NCBI GenBank assembly: GCA_020341815.1
Contig: CP070837.1
Location: forward strand, 465,743-529,742
Reading direction: 5' to 3'
Origin: Candidatus Omnitrophota bacterium
GTDB taxonomy: Bacteria; Omnitrophota; Gorgyraeia; JAFGHF01
Length of the DNA stretch: 64,000 bases
The position numbers were made by a program, and so were the translations under genes. Of the stretch, positions 1 to 9,983 are shown one piece after another. The notes beneath the pieces were generated by a model. That model was not told where the DNA came from. It ran no database searches and saw nothing but the letters and a program-made list of their open reading frames with translations. Each line of letters begins with the position of its first letter. Within the stretch, counting starts at the first letter, position 1.

Positions 1-543
1 CAGATGACAGGTAATAATTTTTAATGATTTTAGGGGCTTGCCTAAAACTTTAGCCGCCTGCATGGATACATAGCGATGGCTTGTGCCGTGAAAACCATAG
101 CGGCGAATGCCTTCCTTCTTATAAACTTCATAAGGCAGACCGTAAAGATAAGCATAAGGCGGCATAGTCTGATGAAAGGCCGTATCGAAAACAGCCACCT
201 GACTAAGACCGGGAAATAAACGCTGGCAAACATGTATTCCCGTCAGATTAGGTAAATTATGTAACGGGGCGAGCCTGCTGTATTGCTTTATTGCCTTAAT
301 TACCTCTTTATTTATTAAAGTGGATTCCTTAAACTTCTCTCCCCCGTGCACGACCCTATGGCCTATGGCATCCAGAGAAGAAATAATTTTCCCGCGGCGC
401 TTCTTTAGGGTACGGATAACTGCCTCTACTGCGCCCTCGCCGCTTCTTTCCAGGATCCCTTTTTCCAGGCACCTCTCACCCGGCATATCATAAAGCTGAT
501 ATTTAACGGAAGAGGAGCCGCAATTCAATACTAAAATTAACAT
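1..543 (-). CDS. ackA: acetate kinase, N-terminal 181 codons; gene runs off the left window edge
   Basis: Reverse-complement from 543 reads MLILVLNCGSSSVKYQLYDMPGERCLEKGILERSGEGAVEAV...GHRVVHGGEKF...VAVFDTAFHQTMP...RRYGFHGTSH, the acetate kinase signature. Missing from the ORF table because there is no in-window stop. Lies directly downstream of pta. Confidence 0.85.
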   Translation of the reverse strand, partial: MLILVLNCGSSSVKYQLYDMPGERCLEKGILERSGEGAVEAVIRTLKKRRGKIISSLDAIGHRVVHGGEKFKESTLINKEVIKAIKQYSRLAPLHNLPNLTGIHVCQRLFPGLSQVAVFDTAFHQTMPPYAYLYGLPYEVYKKEGIRRYGFHGTSHRYVSMQAAKVLGKPLKSLKIITCHL

Positions 544-544
544 A

Positions 545-1540
545 TCACTTAGCCATAACGGCTGTTACTGCAATAGCGTCAATAATTTCTTTAGGGCTGG
601 CGCCGCGCGATAAATCGCAGCAGGGACGGGACACGCCCTGGATAATCGGGCCCACTACCCTTGCCCCGGCAAGCCGCTGCATCAACTTATAGGCAATGTT
701 GCCGGCATCCAGACTGGGAAATATTAAAATATTGGCCCTTCCGGCCAGGGGGCTATCGGGAACTTTTATCCGGGCTACAAAAGGCTCAACCGCACTATCA
801 ACCTGCATCTCCCCGTCAATAATCAAATCCGGTCTGGTCTTCTTTAAGATTTCCGCCGCATCTCTGACTCTATCCACCGAAGGGGCCGAACTTGAACCTC
901 TTGTGGAAAAACTTAACATTGCCAGGCGCCCCTTGTAGCCTGTAATCTTGGCCCAGACATCGCAGGAAGCCATACCAATAGCAACTAACTGTTGAGTTGT
1001 AGGCAAAGGCACAACCGCACAATCGGCAAACAGAAACAGCCCTCTTTCGCCGTATCGCCTGTCTTTTACCTCCACCAGGAAAGACCCCGAAGCCGTGGAA
1101 TATCTGGAGTCCTTTTCAATACAGTGAAGAATTGCCCTGACAACATCGGAAGTCTTGTGGGCAGCACCGGCAACAAAGCCGTCAACCCTGCCCTCACGTA
1201 ACATCATCGCTCCATAATAAACAAAATTCTTCAGGAGTAAATCACGGGCGTACTGAACAGTTATGCCCCTGTGTTTTCTCAAATTCCAGTAAGCCCTTGC
1301 GCAAGCATCCAACCCCTCATCTTGCCTCGGGTCGATAATCTCAATTTTGCCGGTATCCAATCTGACTTTTTTGGCTTTTTTAACAATTAGGTCTTTCTCA
1401 CCCAGAAGGACAATGCGGGCCAGCTTTTCTTTTACGGCAAAAGCAACCGCTTCAAGGACACGCCCCTCATCGCCCTCCGGCAAAACAATTCTTTTGGGAT
1501 TTCTCCTTGCCTGGCGATAAATTTTATCAAAGATATTCAT
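545..1540 (-). CDS. pta: phosphate acetyltransferase
   Basis: Table ORF 545..1657, but the likely start is the internal Met (MNIFDKIYRQARRNPKRIVLPEGDEGRVLEA) at 1538-1540. That ATG overlaps the coaD TGA as ATGA. C-terminal PTA_PTB fold motifs. Confidence 0.85.
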   Translation of the reverse strand: MNIFDKIYRQARRNPKRIVLPEGDEGRVLEAVAFAVKEKLARIVLLGEKDLIVKKAKKVRLDTGKIEIIDPRQDEGLDACARAYWNLRKHRGITVQYARDLLLKNFVYYGAMMLREGRVDGFVAGAAHKTSDVVRAILHCIEKDSRYSTASGSFLVEVKDRRYGERGLFLFADCAVVPLPTTQQLVAIGMASCDVWAKITGYKGRLAMLSFSTRGSSSAPSVDRVRDAAEILKKTRPDLIIDGEMQVDSAVEPFVARIKVPDSPLAGRANILIFPSLDAGNIAYKLMQRLAGARVVGPIIQGVSRPCCDLSRGASPKEIIDAIAVTAVMAK

Positions 1541-2028
1541 TTGGCCCTCTTTACCAAACGTTGTTTCAACTTTTGTTCTACAAAACCGGGCACGAAGTCT
1601 CTCAAGCTTGCCCCGAGTGAGGCGGCCTCTTTTATAAGCTTGGAAGAAAGATAACAATAGGCCTCATTGGGCATCATATAAATAGTCTCGATTTCGGGGT
1701 TTAGTCTCCTGTTGGTCAGGGCCATCTGAAACTCATATTCAAAATCGGAAATCATCCTAAGGCCCCGCAGCATCACCCGCGCCTTTTTTCTCTTTACATA
1801 ATTCACCAGAAGTCCGTCAAAGCTTTCAATATTTGTGCGGGGAATCTTTGCGGTTGCCGCTTTAAGCATCTGGACCCTTTCCTTGAGCGAAAAAAGCACC
1901 TCTTTCTGAGGGTGCATGGCTACGGCTATAATCACCTGCTCAAATATTCTTGTTGCCCGCTTGATTAAGTCTATGTGCCCATAGGTCACCGGGTCAAAAG
2001 TGCCTGGGTAGATAGCTGTTCTTTTCAC
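1537..2028 (-). CDS. coaD: phosphopantetheine adenylyltransferase
   Basis: 163 aa; AIYPGTFDPVTYGHIDLIKRA (T/HxGH nucleotidyltransferase motif), the typical CoaD N-terminus. Conserved rsmD-coaD pair. Confidence 0.9.
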   Translation of the reverse strand: MKRTAIYPGTFDPVTYGHIDLIKRATRIFEQVIIAVAMHPQKEVLFSLKERVQMLKAATAKIPRTNIESFDGLLVNYVKRKKARVMLRGLRMISDFEYEFQMALTNRRLNPEIETIYMMPNEAYCYLSSKLIKEAASLGASLRDFVPGFVEQKLKQRLVKRAK

Positions 2029-2597
2029 TATTCTTCCTTGTTTTGCTCCATTTGATAAAAAGAGAGGGTTGTATCTCCGTAGGTCTTAGTAAAAATTAAG
2101 CTAAGCCCGCGAAAAAGATGCGGTAGAACCTCCTTTTTATGGTGCTCGGCAACAACATAAGCACGAGGCTTTAATATATCATAAAGAGTGATTTTTATCA
2201 AGCTGTTTTTCAGCTGGTTTTCGTAATATGGAGGGTCTAAAAAAATAAAATCAAACTTCTCATGCCTCTGGTTAAGCACCCTGAGAGCCCTTTCGGCATT
2301 AAGGGGCAATAAAACCGTCTCTGTCTCCTTTATCCCCAGGCGCTTCAAGTTCTCCTTAATCGTCTTGATGCAGGCACGGTTATTTTCCACAAAAAAGACC
2401 TTATCTGCCCCGCGGCTTTTGGCCTCAATGCCAACATTTCCGCTACCGGCAAAAAGCTCAAGGAAAGAAGCTCCGCGTATCTGATTACCCAGGATGCAGA
2501 ATAAGGCCTCTTTAACCTTCTGGGACGTTCCCCGCAGCTTTACCCCCTTGGGAACACTTAAATTGCGACCTTTAAACTTTCCCGCTATTATCCGCAT
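2028..2597 (-). CDS. rsmD: 16S rRNA (guanine966-N2)-methyltransferase
   Basis: 189 aa; SAM-binding LELFAGSGNVGIEAKSRGA and DPPY motif (FIFLDPPYYEN). Confidence 0.8.
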   Translation of the reverse strand: MRIIAGKFKGRNLSVPKGVKLRGTSQKVKEALFCILGNQIRGASFLELFAGSGNVGIEAKSRGADKVFFVENNRACIKTIKENLKRLGIKETETVLLPLNAERALRVLNQRHEKFDFIFLDPPYYENQLKNSLIKITLYDILKPRAYVVAEHHKKEVLPHLFRGLSLIFTKTYGDTTLSFYQMEQNKEE

Positions 2598-2599
2598 AG

Positions 2600-4672
2600 T
2601 TACACCGAAATTAACTCTACATTCTTGGAACGAAGTCTCTCTTTGACCTTTTCGCGAATAAGCGAATGCTGATGGCTTTTAAGCTCCGGGTCACGCTTCA
2701 CTAAGGAAAAAGCACTATCCCGCGCAAGCTCCATCAACTCCATATCCTTAACGATATTTCCCAGCTTCAATTCCGGCAGGCCGTGTTGGGCCGGACCAAA
2801 AACTTTCCCCGGGCCGCGAATATCCAAATCTTCCTGGGCCAGGCGAAAGCCATCCTGGGTATTAACAAGAGCGTCAATGCGCAACTTCGCCTTCTCTGTT
2901 GCACCGGCTTGAGAGACTAAAATGCAGTAAGACGGATGCGACCCCCGGCCAATCCTTCCTCTTAACTGATGCAGCTGGCTCAGGCCAAATCTCTCTGCAT
3001 GCTTAATCACCATTACCGAGGCATTGGGAATATCTATACCCACCTCAATCACAGTGGTAGCAACCAGTATATCTATCTTACGATTTTTAAAATCCTGCAT
3101 GGCTTTTTCTTTTTCTAACCTTTTCATCCGGCCGTGAATAAGCCCGATCCTGCTTGTGCTAAATTCACTCTTACGTAAACTCTCATACATCTCGGTAGCA
3201 GCTCTAAGCTCCAAACGGGGACTGTTTTCAATCAGGGGATAGACAATATAGGCCTGCCTGCCGCCAGATACTTCCTGACGGATAAAATTATATACATCTT
3301 TGAGGGCGCTCTCTTTAACCCAGACAGTGGAGATAGGCACTCTCCCCTTCGGCAGCTCCTTTATTGTGGAGATATCCAAATCCGCATAAAGAGTCATAGC
3401 CAATGTGCGCGGGATGGGCGTGGCGGTCATTATCAGGCAATCCGGCCTCCCTCCCTTTTTGCGCAAAGAAGACCTCTGCAGGGTGCCAAACTTATGCTGT
3501 TCATCAATTACTACCAGCCCCAACTTCTTAAACTCTATCTCTTTTTCAATCAGGGCGTGGGTGCCTACAACTATATCTACTGTCCCTGATTTTATATCCT
3601 CAAGCGCCTCCAGTTTAGCTTTAGGGCTCATGCTCCCTATCAAAAGCCCCACACTGACATCCAAAGGTGCAAATAATTTACTTAACAAAAGATAATGCTG
3701 CTCGGCCAGAATCTCCGTAGGAGCCATAACTGCGGCCTGAAATCCGGATTGCACACTTAAAATGAGGGCATAAGCGGCCACTATGGTCTTTCCTGAGCCC
3801 ACATCCCCCTGCAGAAGCCTGTTCATTTCTTTTGAGGATGCCATATCCTCTTCTATCTCCTTAATGGCCTTATTTTGTGCGGAAGTCAACTTAAAAGGCA
3901 AAATCTTTAAAAAATCTTTTATCAACTTCTCTTCTGTTTTATGGGTGATGCCCAATTCTCTCTTGTTGCGCCAATATCTCTTCAGGGCAAAAATCATCTG
4001 CAGCAGAAAGAACTCATCAAACACCAGTCTGCGATAAGCCGAACTCTCCGAGTTGCTGTCATTAGGAAAATGGATATGCCTTATAGCCAGAGTTAAAGGC
4101 AAGAGATTTAACTTCTTCTTCAATTCATAAGGCAGCATATCCGGAATAAAGGAAGTAAACTTTTGAATTGTCCTGTCAATGACAGTGCGCAGGTATCTCT
4201 GTTTAAGATTGGCAGTCAAAGGATAAATGGGGACAATTCTGCCTATATGCAAAGATGAATCTTTCTCAAACTCAGAAATAAGTTCAAAATCAGGGGTATT
4301 CATCTGCAGCAAGGGGCGCCTGGCGACCTTGCCATAGAGGATTAACTTATCTCCTATCTTAAAATACTTTTTCATAAAGGGCTGATTAAACCAGATAGCC
4401 GAAAGCACACCGCTCTCATCCCCCACGGCAATCTCGAATATGGAAAGGCCTCGCCTGCTGCGCCGAAAGCTCAAGTTGATTATCTCTCCTTTTACCGTGG
4501 CAAAATCATTCGCCTGCACTTCAGCAATAGGGGAAAACGTTCTCCTGTCCTCGTATCTGCGGGGAAAGTAATAAAGAAGGTCGCCAACGGTATAGATATT
4601 CAAGCGATTCAATAACTTGAATCTCGCCGGCCCCACGCCTTTGATATATTGAACGGAATCTTTTAAATGCAT
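2600..4672 (-). CDS. recG: ATP-dependent DNA helicase RecG
   Basis: 690 aa; wedge/OB N-terminal domain; helicase motifs GDVGSGKT, DEQHKFG, TATPIPRTL; RecG C-terminal region. Confidence 0.9.
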   Translation of the reverse strand: MHLKDSVQYIKGVGPARFKLLNRLNIYTVGDLLYYFPRRYEDRRTFSPIAEVQANDFATVKGEIINLSFRRSRRGLSIFEIAVGDESGVLSAIWFNQPFMKKYFKIGDKLILYGKVARRPLLQMNTPDFELISEFEKDSSLHIGRIVPIYPLTANLKQRYLRTVIDRTIQKFTSFIPDMLPYELKKKLNLLPLTLAIRHIHFPNDSNSESSAYRRLVFDEFFLLQMIFALKRYWRNKRELGITHKTEEKLIKDFLKILPFKLTSAQNKAIKEIEEDMASSKEMNRLLQGDVGSGKTIVAAYALILSVQSGFQAAVMAPTEILAEQHYLLLSKLFAPLDVSVGLLIGSMSPKAKLEALEDIKSGTVDIVVGTHALIEKEIEFKKLGLVVIDEQHKFGTLQRSSLRKKGGRPDCLIMTATPIPRTLAMTLYADLDISTIKELPKGRVPISTVWVKESALKDVYNFIRQEVSGGRQAYIVYPLIENSPRLELRAATEMYESLRKSEFSTSRIGLIHGRMKRLEKEKAMQDFKNRKIDILVATTVIEVGIDIPNASVMVIKHAERFGLSQLHQLRGRIGRGSHPSYCILVSQAGATEKAKLRIDALVNTQDGFRLAQEDLDIRGPGKVFGPAQHGLPELKLGNIVKDMELMELARDSAFSLVKRDPELKSHQHSLIREKVKERLRSKNVELISV

Positions 4673-6015
4673 GCTTTGGTAAAGTTTGTATCTACGGTCT
4701 TAACCTTAACCTCTCTTAAACTATTTATATCTTTTTTGTCAGCATTTTCTACGATAATGCGGATATAATTTTCGGAATATCCGCAAAAACTACTGCTTTT
4801 TTTGTCCCGTTGAGATTCTATTAACACTTCTAACCTCTTTCCTAAAAAGCGCTTTCGGAACTTATAAGAGCACGCGCTGGCCACTTTCTTTAATAAATCT
4901 GCCCGCGCCTTAACTACTTCCTTCTCAATATGCCCTTCCAAATTAAAGGCCGCTGTCTTTGCGCGAGGACTGAAAGAAAAGACGTGAGTTCTCAAAGGGC
5001 AAATCTCTTTTAAAGCGCGCATAGTATTGCGAAAGTTTTTTTCTTTTTCTTGCGGAAAACCCACCAGGACATCCGTAGTTATAGCGATATTCTTGATTTT
5101 CTTATTAAGCTTTGTGATTAAAGAAAGATAATCCTTAATTGAATATCGGCGGTTCATTTTCTTCAGGATATTGTTATCTCCGCTTTGTAAGGGGATGTGC
5201 AGATGCGGGCAAATCCTCTTGCTGTTTGCCATTATTTCTATCAGCTTGTTACTGATAAGGTTAGGCTCAATGGAACTCAAACGCAGACGAAATTCACCTT
5301 TTATATTTTCCAGGGCCTCTAAGGCCTGCGCCAATTCAATATCTCTATAACGATAAGCGCCCAGACAGATACCGGTTAAGACTATCTCCTTAAACCCCCT
5401 CTTTACCAGGCGTTTACACTCGGCAATAATCTCTTTCTGTGGGCGGCTCCTGGAGACACCGCGGACTAAGGGCACCTTGCAGTAAGAGCAGAAATTGCTG
5501 CAGCCGTCCTGTATTTTTACAAAAGCGCGCTCATGCCCCTTAAAATCGGATATTTTAAGAGGGGTAAATTTTCCGTTGTTCGTTGTTCGTAGTTCATAGT
5601 TCGTAGAAGATAAAAAATCGATAATCCTATGCTTCTGCTGATTGGGGAGAATGTGGATTTTATCGGACATCCCTAAGATATCGAGAGGCACCTCATTAGC
5701 ATAACAGCCCGTAACAATAATTCTGGACTCAGGATTTAAGCGAAAGGCCCCTCTGATTAGGCGGCGAGAATCCCTGTCGGCCTCATCAGTAACAGTGCAG
5801 GTATTGACAATATAAATATCTGCCTTCTTGCCCTTCTCTTCCTTGAAGGCAGCCTCTAACAACAACTCTCTTAAACCTTGAGTCTCGTACTGATTGACTT
5901 TGCAGCCAAGCGTATAGAACTTTACCCCGCCCTTCCTTCTATTGCCTTCATCCACATCTATTATGCAAGGCGTGGTATCTGGAAGGGCGGGGTTTACTCT
6001 TTTTTTGTATCGCAT
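4663..6015 (-). CDS. MiaB-family radical SAM methylthiotransferase (MtaB/RimO-like)
   Basis: 450 aa; MTTase N-domain (FYTLGCKVNQYETQ), radical SAM core (CSNFCSYC = CxxxCxxC), C-terminal TRAM-like region. Contains an in-frame low-complexity insert encoded by a tandem repeat at about 5560-5600. Confidence 0.75.
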   Translation of the reverse strand: MRYKKRVNPALPDTTPCIIDVDEGNRRKGGVKFYTLGCKVNQYETQGLRELLLEAAFKEEKGKKADIYIVNTCTVTDEADRDSRRLIRGAFRLNPESRIIVTGCYANEVPLDILGMSDKIHILPNQQKHRIIDFLSSTNYELRTTNNGKFTPLKISDFKGHERAFVKIQDGCSNFCSYCKVPLVRGVSRSRPQKEIIAECKRLVKRGFKEIVLTGICLGAYRYRDIELAQALEALENIKGEFRLRLSSIEPNLISNKLIEIMANSKRICPHLHIPLQSGDNNILKKMNRRYSIKDYLSLITKLNKKIKNIAITTDVLVGFPQEKEKNFRNTMRALKEICPLRTHVFSFSPRAKTAAFNLEGHIEKEVVKARADLLKKVASACSYKFRKRFLGKRLEVLIESQRDKKSSSFCGYSENYIRIIVENADKKDINSLREVKVKTVDTNFTKACI

Positions 6016-6016
6016 A

Positions 6017-6709
6017 TTACTTCTCTAACAGGGCTCTCGCCAGGCAAAGGTCGAAGGGCTTGGTAATCTTTATATTCCGCCTGCTCCCTTCCGCTAATTT
6101 AACTTTCCTTTTAAGCCTGAATAAAAGCTGGGCATCGTCAGTGGCGTTATTAATTCCTTCTTTCTTTGCCTTCCGGTGAGCCTGAATAAGTAAATCAAAT
6201 CTCGCGGCCTGGGGCGTCTGGATATTCATAAGTCTATCCCTGCAAAGAAAAGCATCAATAAAATTACCTTTTGTCTCTACGATAGTATCTATTGTCCTGA
6301 TTGCAGCGCTTGCCGCGCCAAAGAGAAAAGCCGCTTTTATAACTCTTGAGATAATCTCTTCATTAACAAAAGGACGCACACCATCATGAATTATTACATA
6401 ATCGCAATCTTTGATTTCCTCAAGGGCATTAAATACCGATTGCTGTCTGTCTTTGCCGCCTCTAACCACCTGCTTAATCTTTTTGTAATTGTATTTTTTA
6501 ATCAGATTGTGACATTGGCGCATAATATTTTTGTGCGCTACCAGTATAATGCCGTCAATTGCCCTGCATCTTTCAAATACATCCAGAGAGTAGCTCAAAA
6601 TGGGCCTGCCCTTAATCTTTATCAACTGCTTGGGGATCTTTGAGTTCATTCTCCTTGAATATCCCCCGGCTAAAATTATCGCTTTAACCTTTTTGGAATT
6701 GCTTTTCAT
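6017..6709 (-). CDS. ispD: 2-C-methyl-D-erythritol 4-phosphate cytidylyltransferase
   Basis: 230 aa; AIILAGGYSRRM...KQL..., the IspD N-terminal signature and fold. Confidence 0.85.
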   Translation of the reverse strand: MKSNSKKVKAIILAGGYSRRMNSKIPKQLIKIKGRPILSYSLDVFERCRAIDGIILVAHKNIMRQCHNLIKKYNYKKIKQVVRGGKDRQQSVFNALEEIKDCDYVIIHDGVRPFVNEEIISRVIKAAFLFGAASAAIRTIDTIVETKGNFIDAFLCRDRLMNIQTPQAARFDLLIQAHRKAKKEGINNATDDAQLLFRLKRKVKLAEGSRRNIKITKPFDLCLARALLEK

Positions 6710-6711
6710 GC

Positions 6712-8580
6712 CTATCTGCCTATTTCTTTTATGGCCTGAATGACCTCGGGATGTTCCGGCTCAATCTCAAGGGCCGCTTCATATTCTTTTAAGGCCGCCT
6801 CCTTCAAACCCTCTTCCTGATAGATTGTGCCTAAATTATAATGGGCGGCGCAGTCATCAGGCTTAAGAGAAAGAGCTTTCTCAAACTCCTCTTTTGCCTG
6901 TTGTCTTTGCCCCATCTGGTTATAGACAATTCCTAAATTAAAATGGGCGTCATAAAAATAGGGGTTTATCGCAAGCGCCCTTTTATAATTATCGATGGCC
7001 CCTGATAAGTTATCCGTTTCATAACAGGCATTGCCCAGGCCCAGATAGCTCATAAAATCAAGGGAATTTAATTTCAGAGCGGCCTGATATTCCCTTGAGG
7101 CCTCCTCATAACGCTTTGCTTCAGATAAAACAACGCCTTTATTATAATGAAAGGAAAAGTTATTCCTGGCGGAGGCGCTTGCTGCGGCGATATTAGTCAA
7201 AAAATACAGCGCCGAAAATAAAACCGATGAAAAAATAACTCTCTTATATTGTCTCCTTCTGCATAACAGAAGAAGCTGCCAAAGGGAAAATGCGGCAAAG
7301 ATTATCAAATAGGGCAGAATAAGCAATCTATACCTGGAATTGACAAAGAAAGAAATTACAGCGAGTGCAGGGCCAAAGATAAAAAAGTAAAGAAGCCCTG
7401 CCCTTTTCCTGAGCGGCCAGGATAGAAACATCCCCAGAAGCCCCAGGGGTAAAACTAAAGAAAGACGGAAAAGGGGCATCTTTAGAAATCCTGCCTTTTC
7501 TGCAAATATATAGTATTCCATATCATCTATATGCTCTTGCGCATTCCAGAAGAGAACAAACTTTCTCCCCAATAGCTTCAGATAACTTAAAGGGTGTCTT
7601 TTGATAAAGTAAAATGAACGCCTGAACCAGAAATTAGACACTTCCGAAGGTTTTAATCTTTTGGCGCTTAGCTTCTCTGCGATAATCCGCGAGTCCTCAA
7701 TTAAGCCGCTTTGGGTAGAGCGCATATAAGGCGGAGGCTTAAACAGGCCGTTTGCCTGGGGATTATTGCCGATATAAAAGTTTATCCCGCTGTGAGCGGT
7801 AATAAAGACTTTATCGTTTGCAACTAAATAATTTCTTAAGGTTACGCCGCCAATAAGCAAGGAAAATGCCGCAAGGAAAGAGGCGGCATACAAAAGTATC
7901 CTTTTGAAGGATTCATCTTTCTTGTACTCATAGCCCATCCAGAATAAAATAAGGATGGCCAACAGAGAAAAAGAGGCCGCAGTTAATGCAGCCAGCCCTA
8001 AAACAAATCCTGCGACAAACCAGATTTTGCAATTAGGTGCCTCTTTCGCCTTCAAGAGCAAAAGCACTAAAAATAAACTTAAAAATATCGCTAAAGATGC
8101 CGGCAGAAGCATGCGGTCATAAAATATAAACATAGAATAACCGCAGGCAATGATAGATGCAACAACCCCTACTGCCCTGCCAAATACTCTTTCACCCACC
8201 AGATAAATCAACCCGCAGTTTAAGGCCCCGATAAATATCTGAATCAATATCAAATCAAAGACTTTTCCTGCGGAAAAAAGATAGGCCAGGCTTAAAAAAT
8301 ATGGATACAGAGGTAAGGCGCAAAAGACATCTTTGCCCAAAAAATTGCCGCGCAAAATGTCGCGGGCCCACTGAAGATAAAAATAACTGTCGCTTCCGGC
8401 ACCGGGTGAGATAAAGCCTGCTGTCTGGCTAAAATAGATAGAGCGCACGCTAAAAGCCAGAACCGCAAGCCCCAGAAAGATAAGCTTAAAGCTGGAAAGT
8501 CTCAATTTAGCGACTGTCCTTTTCTCCGAAGACCTGAGCAGTAAAGCTATAGAGTTCGGTATCCTTATCTTTCCAGGCAT
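6712..8580 (-). CDS. polytopic membrane protein with C-terminal TPR repeats (GT39/GT83/DUF2723-like glycosyltransferase architecture)
   Basis: 622 aa; about 12 hydrophobic helices followed by at least 4 TPR units (AHFNLGIVYNQMGQ, AHYNLGTIYQEEG...). The first 74 nt overlap the downstream gene, so the true start may be later or non-ATG. Confidence 0.5.
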   Translation of the reverse strand: MPGKIRIPNSIALLLRSSEKRTVAKLRLSSFKLIFLGLAVLAFSVRSIYFSQTAGFISPGAGSDSYFYLQWARDILRGNFLGKDVFCALPLYPYFLSLAYLFSAGKVFDLILIQIFIGALNCGLIYLVGERVFGRAVGVVASIIACGYSMFIFYDRMLLPASLAIFLSLFLVLLLLKAKEAPNCKIWFVAGFVLGLAALTAASFSLLAILILFWMGYEYKKDESFKRILLYAASFLAAFSLLIGGVTLRNYLVANDKVFITAHSGINFYIGNNPQANGLFKPPPYMRSTQSGLIEDSRIIAEKLSAKRLKPSEVSNFWFRRSFYFIKRHPLSYLKLLGRKFVLFWNAQEHIDDMEYYIFAEKAGFLKMPLFRLSLVLPLGLLGMFLSWPLRKRAGLLYFFIFGPALAVISFFVNSRYRLLILPYLIIFAAFSLWQLLLLCRRRQYKRVIFSSVLFSALYFLTNIAAASASARNNFSFHYNKGVVLSEAKRYEEASREYQAALKLNSLDFMSYLGLGNACYETDNLSGAIDNYKRALAINPYFYDAHFNLGIVYNQMGQRQQAKEEFEKALSLKPDDCAAHYNLGTIYQEEGLKEAALKEYEAALEIEPEHPEVIQAIKEIGR

Positions 8581-9979
8581 CCGGGCTTAAGCCTGCTTTA
8601 TGCGCGCAGAGATTGGAAAGGAATTCTTCGCGTGACCAGCCTGTTTCCGTGGCTACCTGCGGTAAAAATACGCCGCTTGCGCTGCCTCTTTTGACAATAA
8701 CGCCGTGCCTGCCCATTTCGATATCATCGGCGCTTTTTACTCTCTCCGGCTGAGTGAGTACAGAGATTTCTATATCTATATCCTTCAATTCATCGGCTGA
8801 CAGAGGCGGAAAACGCGGGTCCCTTGTGGCCTCAATTGCCATATCGCGCACAGTAAGATAAAGCGCCTGCTGGCCAATGATATTGCCTATGCATCCCCGC
8901 AGCGCGCCCTGCTTATGAATTGTCACAAACGCCCCCATATTTTTCAACAGGAGGGGGTCGGTCTCTGTAAAATCCGGCCTTTCTTGCTTACCAACATGGG
9001 CCTCGATGGTCTGACGGGCAATATCCAACAATCTTTTCTTTTGATCCTCGTTTAATACCCTTTTATCTTTATTAAGCATCTCATCCCTCCCGGGCTCAGC
9101 ATAAATTACTGCGCTTAAATACCCAACCACTTTGTTTTTATTGCCGGTGACATCTCCGGAATTGGCGTATTTCATAATTTCTATTTCAGCTGCCCCCCGT
9201 TGTCTGGTATAAAGCAAAGTAGTCACTACAGCAGCTGCCCCGCAGAGCTCGCTTTCCTTGGAATCTAATTTAGAATATAAGGATTCGGGGTCGAATTTCT
9301 TTAACTCTTCGATAGTCAGGTTATCGATCTCGCAAGCCTCATCATAAGGATGAAAATGAGACATATCTGTGCTGGCTACTATCAAGACATCTTTTCTATC
9401 CTTGATAGTCTCAAGCAAAGCCTGAGCCAGCATCTGACAATTCTCATAAGAAAACTTACCCATAACTATAGGGACTATTTTGAAGTCATCCAGGACTATC
9501 TGCAGAAAAGGAATCTGTACTTCTACGGAGTGCTCTTTGGTAAAGGCAGGCTCATAAAAAGAAATTTTATCGTGCCCTTGAATTAAGGCATTGGCCAATT
9601 CCATATCAACAGGAACATTACCCAAAGGAGTCTGCCAGGCGCCTTGAGGATACACTGAAACTCCTTCAAAATATTCATAATGGCTTGAGCCGATGACTAC
9701 TACAGTGCGTATGGGTTTGCCTTTTATGGCCTTGTATCCGTAGGCGGCCACACTGCCGCAATATTCATAGCCGGCGTGAGGCGAAATCAAGGCCAGGATA
9801 TCTTTATCGCTTTCGGTTACCTCTGCCCAGTCTAAGAATTTCTCTATTTCCGCGGCTAAAATCTTAGCCGAATCAGAATAATAACTGCCGCTTACTACCG
9901 GCTTTTTTATCTGCTGAGCAAGACAATTACCCGATAAAAAAAAGAAAAATAAAACGGTGAGGATTAGAAGTCTCTTCAT
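8507..9979 (-). CDS. Sec-exported Memo-like (AmmeMemoRadiSam protein B) fused to an AMMECR1 domain (protein A)
   Basis: 490 aa. Signal peptide MKRLLILTVLFFFFLSGNCLA/QQ. Memo motifs SPHAGYEYCG, EHSVEVQIPFL, STDMSHFH. C-terminal AMMECR1 motif LRGCIGN. Confidence 0.75.
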   Translation of the reverse strand: MKRLLILTVLFFFFLSGNCLAQQIKKPVVSGSYYSDSAKILAAEIEKFLDWAEVTESDKDILALISPHAGYEYCGSVAAYGYKAIKGKPIRTVVVIGSSHYEYFEGVSVYPQGAWQTPLGNVPVDMELANALIQGHDKISFYEPAFTKEHSVEVQIPFLQIVLDDFKIVPIVMGKFSYENCQMLAQALLETIKDRKDVLIVASTDMSHFHPYDEACEIDNLTIEELKKFDPESLYSKLDSKESELCGAAAVVTTLLYTRQRGAAEIEIMKYANSGDVTGNKNKVVGYLSAVIYAEPGRDEMLNKDKRVLNEDQKKRLLDIARQTIEAHVGKQERPDFTETDPLLLKNMGAFVTIHKQGALRGCIGNIIGQQALYLTVRDMAIEATRDPRFPPLSADELKDIDIEISVLTQPERVKSADDIEMGRHGVIVKRGSASGVFLPQVATETGWSREEFLSNLCAHKAGLSPDAWKDKDTELYSFTAQVFGEKDSR

Positions 9980-9983
9980 TGGA

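Noticed and set aside
42-233. 63-aa ORF on the minus strand in the ORF table
   Set aside because: It lies inside, and out of frame with, the clearly recognisable ackA coding sequence (MLILVLNCGSSS... from 543). It is a shadow ORF.
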